From: Eledone cirrhosa
Lineage: Eukaryota
Length of the DNA stretch: 64,000 nucleotides
Assembly: GCA_964016885.1 (NCBI GenBank)
Contig: OZ024741.1
Location: 327,732,001 to 327,796,000, forward strand
Direction: 5' to 3'
The stretch's first letter is position 1, and every line of letters starts with the position of its first letter. Both the position numbers and the translations under genes were made by a program. Below the pieces are notes generated by a model. The model was not told where the DNA came from and did no database searches. It was given only the letters and a program-made list of their open reading frames with translations. Below are positions 53,747 to 64,000 of this stretch, piece by piece.

Positions 53747-54136
53747 CTTTGTTTGTCATAAAATTCTCTAAAATGCTACAAAATAAATTCCCACATACAG
53801 GCCCGATATTTAATTAACTTGGTCATGTGACAGCCATAGTTTCATTTATAACCAATCAAATTACATTTATTAAAAAATGCCTTCGTGAGCTACTTTTTTT
53901 TAAGTAAGAAGAAATTCAAACACTCATATATGAAAAAACAACCTGAGCCCCTCCCCCCTTGTTTGAAGAACTTTGTAAGGCGAACTGGCACGAAATGTAT
54001 TATACTTATTGACCAACCAATCAGATTACTTCTCTAAAAACCTGGCGTTTCGAGCCACTTTTTTCCATATAAAACAAGTAACATTCAAAGACCAACCATA
54101 TGTGAGAAAAACCACAGATCCTCCATCTCAACTCTA

Positions 54137-54173
54137 CTTTTGAAAAAGCAGAAGAACTGCGAAACCGGTAAAG
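54137..54173 (+). ncRNA. Variant minimal hammerhead motif (U3/A8)
   Basis: CTT TTGAAAA A GCAG aagaa CTGC GAAAC CG GTA AAG. Confidence 0.5.
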
Positions 54174-54305
54174 GAACCAAATAAATAAATTTATTTTTTT
54201 TAAATTAAGACTCCAGTTGCATTTTCGATTTCATCTTTTTTCCTATATACTTTCACTCGTGTAGGGCACCTCGGTTATTTTTCATTTTGTAAAAAATAAA
54301 CTCAC

Positions 54306-54370
<65 letters not shown>

Positions 54371-55822
54371 TGTATATACTGTACACCCCCCCAACCCCCC
54401 ACACACACTCATGTATATATGTACATATGTATATTGGGTCATATCATTGTTTGCAGCGCGTGTGCTTCAGAGCTAGGTAGAAAGTTTAATCTATAAGGAG
54501 CTGAGGAGAAGCTAGAATATAAAAGAATGAAATATATATTGCTTAAAAACATTATACGTTTTGAGTTCTATTTTTCGTTTATCTGAAGTTAGAGATGTAG
54601 AACGATGAATGTGTGAAAGTTAATGTTAGAATTAAAATCAAGGTTAGGTTAGAAATAGGATTGGGATAGGGTTTGTATAGTTACCTTGAACGGTCACGTA
54701 GCTACTGTCTACGATTCTTGTAGCGTTTATATAATTTAAACAGTCTTAAGAATAATAATGATAATAATGATAGTACAAATAGTGTATGAATAGTAGAATA
54801 TAACTTCTTTCCTTACATAGTTTATCAGACATTCATCTTATGAATGATATAAATATTTTCTGTATAATATATTATTTCTTCCATTTTGTTCCATAGTGCA
54901 TAGCAAACGTAGGTTGTAGCACAATATTACCATATATGATTTCATTAGAAGTTTTCTCTCTAACATCGCCGTTAGTTAGCCTCAGTACTGGACAATCCAC
55001 ATCAGAGAATATAACTACCAACTGATATAGCTATAAAGCAAACTACATAATTTAATTGCAATGTCCATTATTTTCTACGATAGAAATATAGTAATGGTTA
55101 ACGTAAATGATATGTTTGGCTATCTAATTATGAATCACTTAGAGAAATATATTAAAATCAACACATAAATATACGACGGGTTTTATGTAATTCCGATTCA
55201 CTTTCGCTGGTTAGCAAACTTATTTTGATAGTTACCTTTGATAAATACATTTCAAACTAAAGGTAATTCATTTTACAAGTCCTCCTTCGGAAAAATAGGT
55301 TTGAAAGTCTCCTCCTCAAAGCGTGCTCTGCCGTAATATACTATATTTATGATAATAGATTTCATAATAAACTGTTCGCTTTCATATGGAGCAGCCACTT
55401 TGTAGGCTATATCATTGAACGTAATTTTCGATAAAATCTTAATTATGTTGAAATTTGTGCAGACATGTCAATTTGCAATTCTGTTGACCTCAGCGTCAGC
55501 AATTCCTAATTACCTTAGATGACTAGGGGCGGAGTGAAATCTTTTAGAAGTAATTCGATGTTATATAAAGGTTGTGTTATTATATCTATTGATTTCGAGG
55601 CTGTTTATAGCACAGTTTAATTTTCTTGAAATTATTTTAATATTTTAAATGCATTAATATAGAAACTAATCTGAATAAATAATGAAAAGTACAGGTGGTT
55701 TGTTCAGGAATGTAGTGTTCATTTTGTCACAAAATCAATGCTGTATGATTTACAGATTATGTTCGAAAGGTTAATGGAATTTTACCGACTTTTCCTTGGG
55801 TATCTTCTATTTCGTTGATATA

Positions 55823-56000
55823 GGGTGGGATAGATTGGCAGAACCATTAGAACATCGTATATAATACTTTGCAATATTCGTTTCCACTCTCCGTTCTCTG
55901 AGTTCAAATCCCGCTGAGATCATTTGTGCCTTTCATCCATTCGAGGTCAATAAGAAGTAAAAAGTACCAGTCTAGTACCGATGTCGATTCTTCCCCTATA
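55823..56000 (+). mobile_element. tRNA-derived SINE, same family
   Basis: TGGCAGAACCATTAG, GAGTTCAAATCC, GCCTTTCATCC core. Confidence 0.75.
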
Positions 56001-56731
56001 TATCTTTCTCACTTCTATTTTCTCACTCTTAATCCTTCGCTGGTAGAAAACTCGTGTGTTCAGACCTGGAGAGAAATAGGCTCCGCCGGGCTTAAAATGA
56101 TCAAGAAGCGCTCCTACCTGTAAGTTTTTAGTCAATTAGGGATCATCATGAAGAGAGCTTTTCCTTTTAGATGTAGTTGATGAACTCCATTTAAAGTACG
56201 CACAAATGTCTGAAGAAGAAAGCAGTATGGATTATCTATGAAATACGTGATGACGCTACAATCACTACATTTCATCATAGGTATATTTAATGAGGCCGAA
56301 ACTGGATCTACGCGGAAGAAATAACAGCAAAAGACACACGAAACTTCTCCCAGTTGAGGAAGAAACAGTGATAGGTAAAATTGGTAAAAATATAGAACAT
56401 TTTTCTTCATGGCATCTTCACGTATTTTGTGGACAGCTATCGTTAATTTGAACATTGACAGAATATTACTCCTACTTAAGGTGTTATTGAGAACGAAAGC
56501 TCTGTAGGCAGTTAATAATATCTTGCTGATGACATCGATCTCGTATAACTTAAGTCTAGAATATTAACCTTAGCTCACATATTCACTCAGTTATGCATTA
56601 TCTAAGGATTTCGGGTGTACACGCTGTGTTAGAAACAGAGCGAAGAGAGAATCATTATAAACCCGCCTGTATACGGCCAGGAAGCTTATATATTTTTATG
56701 CAGTTTAATGTTTCTAGCGGTACTATTAGTA

Positions 56732-57128
56732 CGGTGGATTGGCAGTATCGGTAGAGGTTCGGACGTTCTGCTTGGACGTATAGAATTACGGTCCTTGCCA
56801 TTCTGAGTTCAAATCCCGCCGAGGTTAACTTTGCCTTTCATCCTAACGGGGCCGATAAAATAAAGTACCAGTAATGCACTGGGTAATTGCTGGCCTTGTG
56901 CCAACAGTAGAAACAATTATTAGAGCGTCGGACAACACGCTTCGTGACATAGAGTTAAGACACTTTAAGTTTCTGAGTTTCAAATCCCACAGAGGTTAGC
57001 TTTGCCTTTCATCCTTACGGGGTCAATGAAATGTAGCACCGTTAATGCGCCGGGTTCGATTTTATTCACTTTCCCCACTCCCAAAATTGCTGGCCTTGTG
57101 ACCATAGTAGAATTCATTATTATTATAA
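56732..57128 (+). mobile_element. Two tandem SINE copies
   Basis: Two consecutive B box + core + GGCCTTGTG...AGTAGAA...ATTATT units. Confidence 0.85.
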
Positions 57129-57204
57129 TCTTTGATCTTTGTTACTGGGCGCTCACTGTTGCTGGTGCTCACTGCCTTCTACCAGGCGGGCAATGTGGTC
57201 AGTG

Positions 57205-57468
57205 GAACCTCTACTCCCGAATTCTATAGAGGATTAGTGGTGGGCATGTGCGAGGACGCACTTAAAGAGGCTCTGGGTGTCGTCCAAATCGAATTGACTA
57301 CTCTGATCCGCAGGACTTTCGAGCCGGGGACTATGGATAACATTCCAGAAATCCATCGTTTGACAGTGCTACTGGGCGGGGAGTCACTGTTTGTTCGAGA
57401 TAACTTCTACAGGTACGGAATTGTTGTCAGAAGGACCTGCCCGAGATGCTCGCAGGACGACGAAAGCG
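57205..57468 (+). mobile_element. Internal Tx1/L1 ORF2 fragment
   Basis: FYRGLV, RTFEPGTMDN, VRDNFYRYG, RTCPRC, homologous to ~650-890. Confidence 0.8.
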
Positions 57469-58812
57469 TAAAATGTGTAACCGAAACAAAACGCTCAAAA
57501 TATAGTGTTTTTCCCTCTAAACAGATCATGGGTAAAATTCGGTCTGCGAGTCACATGCGGGTCGTTTGGTTTTCTGAATGTCACGCCTTATTTCAAAATT
57601 GAATGTTTTAGTAGTGTGGCCTGCCTTATAATGGGCCACTTCTTTTGTATTCCACTGTTCGAAACTATTTTTCCATGCTTGACCTAATATTACATTTAAA
57701 ATTGTTTGGAAAATATCCAGTTTTGCATTACAAAGAGTTTACAACTCTACAGAGAGTCATTCGCTTATAGCACATCAAATTTTTCTCTTCTTTCATTCGC
57801 ACTCCATAGTCGATTGCCGTGATAAAGCCAAAGCATCACTACAAACAATTATACAGTTCATATAGATAATTCCATCAGGTTTCCTTAAAAGATATTTAGA
57901 ATATCTGTACAATTAATCTTAAAATGATGTTACTTAAAACAAACGTCATGCTCACAATGTAAACGTGCTTATTACGCCTTAGGAATCTCCCATAAACACA
58001 CATCTCATTTATATTATTCGAACTGAAATTGGTAATTAGTAAGACTGGCAAATTAACCACGTATTTTTGAAAATAGATTGGTTGACCCATTGTATACCTA
58101 TGAGAATAAGCGAATATAAGAAAAGAACAATTTAAGCTGCACTTTCACAAGTTTTATACATTATTCACTAATCTAGATTGTTCTTCTTACACCGTTCAGT
58201 TCCGGTCTGACAATTGGTCCTTTTAACACTTTCCCTAATATTTCCTTAGAAATAGATATGTTAGATTTACATTTTCGTAATATAATCCTTTGCATAAATT
58301 GCATAACATAAATAATTCATACTCGACATGATAAATAAGGGATGGTAGTGATTATGAACATCGAAACCTTTATTTCAGGTCAAAATATTGCTGTTTTTGT
58401 TGTTGATGTTTAGCCCCAGATCAGCTCTGGTCGAGCAATAATAACCACAGATGTTCAACAAATCTAAAATGTTTGTATATTTTTAAATTTCATATATATT
58501 TTGTAAACTATATTGTTTTAAATGTTCTTTATTTTTTTAAGACGTTGCGTTGGATTGTTGATGGAGACTTGGTTGCAACGATTTGCAAATACAACAATCA
58601 TACAGATGTTCTTTTTTCGACATGTAATTGTTAACAAGTTTTCTTTCGTAGCCAAATACTCAGCTACATTGTCACAAATAGACAGAAAGTTTATATACTA
58701 TTGTATATTTGAAGATTTTGCATTTCTGAAATCGTCGGAAGTTTTCATATGATACAAACATTAAGGTGTCAGTGACAAGACATGAATTATGATATTATGT
58801 ACATAAATTAAA

Positions 58813-59000
58813 GGCGGTGAATTGGCAGTATTGGTAGAGGGTCGGACGCCATGCTTTCTAGCATAGTTACGTCCATTTACGGTTTGATTTCAATCCCGTC
58901 GAGGTTAACTTTGCCTTTCATCCTTACGGGGTCGATAAAATAAAGTACCAGTAATGTACTGAGTAATTGCTGGCCTTGTGCCAAAAGTAGAAACAATTAT
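58813..59000 (+). mobile_element. tRNA-derived SINE, same family
   Basis: Full head, core and tail. Further diverged copies at 59864-60018 (-) and 61215-61385 (+). Confidence 0.85.
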
Positions 59001-60820
59001 GTACATAAATTTCTCTGAGAGTAGATGATATATTGTTCGACATACCCATCACAGCGTTGAAGGTAAATCGTTTAGAAGCACAAAATAAAAGCCATAGCCA
59101 AGCATTCGATGTCACCATGAGAATTGAAAACCAACAACCAATAATCTTAACTATAATAAAGAAAGGAGTGCGGAATTGCGTCCAGAATATATTTGTTTAC
59201 CCCGTTTGTAAAATAAGTTGGATTACTTTGAATAAATAATTAATGAATATTACATAAGTTATGTGCTAAATTTCGCTGTTGATTAAATATATTTTATAGC
59301 TTATTTAAAGTCCTTTAAAATTCACTTCTTTAAAACTATCAAATGTCAACACTTCCGGTTAGCGGCCGTTATATTATAACACTAGTAAAAATATCGCATA
59401 TATTTCCGTCGCTAATTTTCTCGTAATGCAGTTTATATATAATATCGTCTTTTTTTAAATGAAGCATGGATTACTTTACTGATTACAGAAGACAGTGTAA
59501 CACAGTCTTCGTTCAATTTCTGTGTATATTGTCAATTACGATTTTATTTGATGTATCATATCTACATGCATATATATTTGTGTATAATATCAATATACAC
59601 AATACACATGCTAGCAGAAAACCACCCGTAGGTTGGTTTTCTGCTAGTGACTCCTAATAATGATACCAAACATGATATACATTAATATAAAAAAACATAA
59701 TGTGATTATGAACAACTGATAGAATCCTAGGGGTGCCGTTGTGATATATGGATAATACCTCAGGCACTTAAAAACTCGCAGTACTCATCTGCTCTCCAAG
59801 CTTGAACACAGCCAATTTCTTCTAGAGAAGGAATGAGAAAATGAGAAAGAAATATAAAGGAGGAATCGACCCCAGTACTGAACAGCTATTTTTTTTATAG
59901 ACCTTTAAAGAATGAAAGGCAAAATTCGCCTAGTTAGGTTTTGAACTCAGAGGGAACAATGAACCAGACTGAATACCGCAAAACATTCTATCTGGCGTTC
60001 TATCCCAATTCACCATCTGTAATAAATATATTACATACACAAAATTGTAATGGAAGAGGATGTAAAAAGAGTAGAAAGCAACAGTAATTGAATCTGAGAC
60101 AAACAACTGGGCGTTTTATGTAAAGTTCAAAAGGTAGCAATGCAGCAAATCAACATGTCCAAATTTCATAACAAAACATAAAATCACACACACAATGTTT
60201 ATTTTAAGTCAAAATGTAGATGCTGTTATTGTTTAGCTGCTGATCAGCTCTGCTGGACCAGAGCCTTTCAAGGAATGATCATCTGATTTTTTTTGTATAT
60301 CTAGGACTGTAATATCCATCGCGTTCTTCATAAAAGAATATCCATAATGGAATGACTTTATGTGACGTTATGTGTACTACACACCACACAAACAGGGAAT
60401 GACTATATGACAAACTAATATTAGCCAACCCTTTTATTAAATATTGATATAACTTAAATCATCATCATAGCGAGCACAGACGAACATTTTTAACAAAGTT
60501 TCTACACAGCTAACGATTTCCAATTGTACTTGGCAATCGATCCTTACAGATGTTTGATCGTCTCTCAGTTGATGGAGGAATGTTTCAGCCGGTCTTCCAC
60601 TACTGATTCATTTGAAAAAGAAATAAAAAACAACGATGACAAATAGATAATCTGAAGGGAAATCGCACTTACAACATACCAGCTATTGTATGTCCTGAAA
60701 TGGCTAAAATATTTCATCTACAATGTAATATTTTCAGTCTCCATATTTGAAACTCGACTTGGCAAATGATGACATATACAAAATATATGCTAGTGTGTGT
60801 GGTTAAGTAGGTATGTGTAC

Positions 60821-60876
<56 letters not shown>

Positions 60877-61615
60877 TCTTGCGTTTGTATATGTGCACTT
60901 GTGTGCTTTGGTGTGCTTCGCTGTGTTTGTGTGTATATGTATTGTATTTCTATGCACGTTCCTGTTATTTGAGTAGGGGTGCAGGTTTCTGTTCGTGTAT
61001 ATTCATATGTGTCCATTCGTGTTTATATAATAAGTGTGTGTTAGGAAAAGTATAGGTACTTAAAAATGTGCATCACTAATATAGTAATAATACTTTAATA
61101 TGTTATGTACATGTAAATGAGAAAACAGTATTTATAAATATGTATATATATGGAAATATAAGTGTCTGCCAGTAAGTACAATCATTTATATATGATATTC
61201 ATTATTACGTGTGTGAAGAGCCTCGGGCAACCTGCTTTGCGGCATAGAGATACATTCCTTGACGTTCTGAGTTCAGATCCTGCCAATCGATAAAATAAAG
61301 TACTAGTAAAGCAGTGGAGTCGATTTGATCGAAATTCTTCTCTAGCACAATTGTTGGCCTTGTTCTTAAATCAGAAACAATTATTTGGTGTATGCACGCG
61401 TGACTGTGTTTCTGTGTGTGTGTTTCTGTATTTGTGTGTCAGTATGTGTGGCCTAGAGGATAGGATTTTTGAGTCACGATCGTAAATTCATGATGTTGAA
61501 TTCTTGGTTCAGCACAACGACAGGCGTTCTTGAGAATTAATTTCATCTGCCAGTAACTGCAACAAGCAATCAATTTACCCATATATACATACATACATAC
61601 ACACAAACACACACG

Positions 61616-61651
<36 letters not shown>

Positions 61652-61680
61652 GGGGGGTATATATATATATATATATATAG

Positions 61681-61880
61681 GGTAAAGACCCCCATCAGTC
61701 TCAAATGACCCCTCAAGTCGGGGAAATTTCTGTGTGAAAGAGCAGCAGTTGCTCATGCATACCCCACCCCCCGTTCCACCGATGTTGGCCAAGGGAAAGG
61801 CAAAGGCTCATATCTCTTGACACCAGTGACATCTTAATTCATTTCTACAGCTGAATAAACTGTATCAATACGAGATAAAA
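61681..61880 (-). mobile_element. Cephalopod-type SINE body
   Basis: GGTAAAGACCCCC...CCAAGGGAAAGGCAAAGG...CATTTCTACAGCTGA on +, recalled as an octopus SINE body and not verified by search. Confidence 0.55.
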
Positions 61881-62339
61881 TTTGGAGGCGCATAGGCCAG
61901 TGGTAAGGATATTGGATATAGTCTTAATTTTGTACGTTCGGTTCTTGGACAGGTTTGTGTCTTGTGTTCTTGATGAAACCACGTTGCTCCAATTTCCTGA
62001 GCTGAAAATGACTACAGCACTAATGGGGAGTTTGACCCAGCGATGGAAGCGCATCCTGTTCAGGGGAAAGTGTTGCTTCACGCAACGGAAACCGGGATAA
62101 GCGCCGGCATAATTCCGAGCTCGAGACAGACTTTACTCATAGATATGTGTGTGTGCGTGTATGTGTTGGCGGGATTGTGTATGTGTATGTGTATGTATAT
62201 CAATATCATCATTCCTGATGATTACATAAGAATGAAATAGTTCTAGTCTTGTAGACACCATTTCTATCACTATATTCTATCAATGTATTGAGTACCTTTT
62301 AAAACAGTAATTAGCTTCCGACACAACTCGTTAATCTAC

Positions 62340-62378
<39 letters not shown>

Positions 62379-62460
62379 AATAAGAAAAAAAAAAAGACTC
62401 CAGTTGCATTTTTGATTTCATCTTTTTTCCTTATATATATATATAGTTTTAATATAGATG

Positions 62461-62511
62461 AGATTCTACAGGACTAGAACTGTTTCATTAATTAGAAATC
62501 ATCAGGAATCT
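62461..62511 (-). ncRNA. Type I hammerhead ribozyme
   Basis: AGATTC CTGATGA TTTCTAATTAAT GAAACAG ttctagtc CTGTA GAATCT. Confidence 0.72.
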
Positions 62512-63087
62512 GGGTCTCAAAATATAAATATGGTATTTATAGGTCTCTACAAGTGGTAGGAGAGGGTGGGGAGTGGGATGGGTGTAGGTCATTGGTTGAT
62601 AGAAAAGGGAATTCATTAAAAGCTAATTCTACAAAGCTATAGTTTATTTTTATTTATTTATGTGTTTAGAGTAACAAGGGCAGACAGAATTCTATAAACA
62701 GGTTCCGGATGGCATACCATTCCTTGTCATTAAGTTTCTCTTAAGCTAACAGATGTCTATAAGATCAGTGGGGGGGTCAGTCATGGTCGATAGAATTAAA
62801 GAAAAGGGAGATTCTTTAAAAGCTAAAATCATTAAGGTTCTACCAAGTGACAAAGGTTTAGAGAATTCTGTAGACAGATTCAAAATACTGAGTGCATATC
62901 TTACAATTATCTTCGAACTTCTCTTAAACTAATCAACTATATGCCAAAAATCAACAGACACATTCACGAAAAAACATACTCACTCACACAGTCACGCGCA
63001 CCCATAAACACACATACACATACACATATACACACATAAAAACACACACACATACATATAAATATAGTTATATACATACATATACAT

Positions 63088-63146
<59 letters not shown>

Positions 63147-63299
63147 TATACAAACACACACACATACATATATATACACACACACACACACACATATATA
63201 TATACACATATAAATACACTCACACACATAAATACAAACACAAATATACATGTGTATACATATACACACAAATACACATAGATATATTTTTTGAGACCC

Positions 63300-63350
63300 A
63301 GATTCCTGATGATTTCTAATGAATGAAACAGTTCTAGTCCTGTAGAATTT
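63300..63350 (+). ncRNA. Type I hammerhead ribozyme
   Basis: AGATTC CTGATGA T TTC taat GAA T GAAACAG ttctagtc CTGTA GAATTT. Confidence 0.75.
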
Positions 63351-63432
63351 CATCTATATTAAAACTTTTATACTCTGCTATGTATTGAGTACCTTACTTA
63401 CTGTGGTTACCTCCGATTCAACCCGGAATAAC

Positions 63433-63488
<56 letters not shown>

Positions 63489-63875
63489 CCTCATATGTCT
63501 GTTACTTAATTTGTTACTTAATCAACGAAACTATTGCATTCAAAAGTACTCAGTTAGAATTGTCTACATGTATTCATTATATAATCGCTGCTATATATAT
63601 TTCGATAAGTCTTATGCAACAGTCACCGAAATAGATATAACAGCGATTATATATTGAATACATGAAGTAAATTCAAACCTGTTGACTTGTACTCCAATAT
63701 GTATATATACATACATACATACATATATATAAATATATGTGTGTGCGTGCGTGTGCGTGTGCGTGTGCGTGTGCGAGTGTGTGTGTGTCTATATACGCAG
63801 AGTTTAACAAACATATGCACACGTCAGAAAAAGAAAAAATTGCATAGATATTTAAATACCTCCACACACAGACAC

Positions 63876-63927
<52 letters not shown>

Positions 63928-63930
<3 letters not shown>

Positions 63931-64000
63931 TATGTATGAATGCATACGTACATACATATATGTATAGAGACGTACAGTAGTATGTATATATATACATACA
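63928..64000 (-). repeat. Third fragment of the ORF-less HHR repeat family, cut by the window end
   Basis: GTACATACATATATGTATAGAGACGTACAGTAGTATGTATATAT matches 23815-23860. Confidence 0.7.

Larger units (their letters stand above)
51050..54312 (+). mobile_element. Decayed Neptune-like Penelope element, EN not seen
   Basis: RT pseudogene, duplicated 3' UTR (53275-53560 and 53590-53945), CCAAT and TATA motifs, HHR-like motif, end at (TA)n. Confidence 0.8.
62446..63432. mobile_element. PLE 3' UTR/pLTR with inverted pLTR partner
   Basis: Arms 62446-62525 and 63285-63366, internal diverged duplication, HHR in each arm. Confidence 0.75.

Noticed and set aside
58813-58900. tRNA genes at SINE heads
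   Set aside because: A and B boxes only, with no cloverleaf, followed by SINE core and tail.

Overview
Eukaryotic, AT-rich, repeat-dominated DNA with no recognisable host protein-coding gene. The SINE families and huge (TA)n tracts suggest an octopod cephalopod (inference). Transposons present: a near full-length decayed Tx1/L1-clade LINE (~9-5640, minus) with four further fragments, four larger Penelope-like elements (PLEs; three Naiad-like, one Neptune-like), an internally deleted Tc1/mariner, two non-autonomous Helitrons, an RTE fragment and many tRNA-derived SINEs. The ORF track misses the main signal: about 18 type I hammerhead ribozyme (HHR) motifs, intact or lightly decayed, from roughly nine sequence families. 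Most have palindromic stem III, several show compensatory base changes, and two families have giant (85-101 nt) stem II insertions. Many sit in fold-back structures next to (TA)n. The best candidate for an undescribed system is an ORF-less ~430-bp HHR-bearing unit found as permuted tandem and inverted copies (23.5-24.6 kb, 42.0-42.6 kb, window end), resembling a PLE-mobilised retrozyme. It is accompanied by small palindromes carrying an HHR on each strand. All folds were read by eye, coordinates of decayed repeats are approximate, and ribozyme activity is untested.
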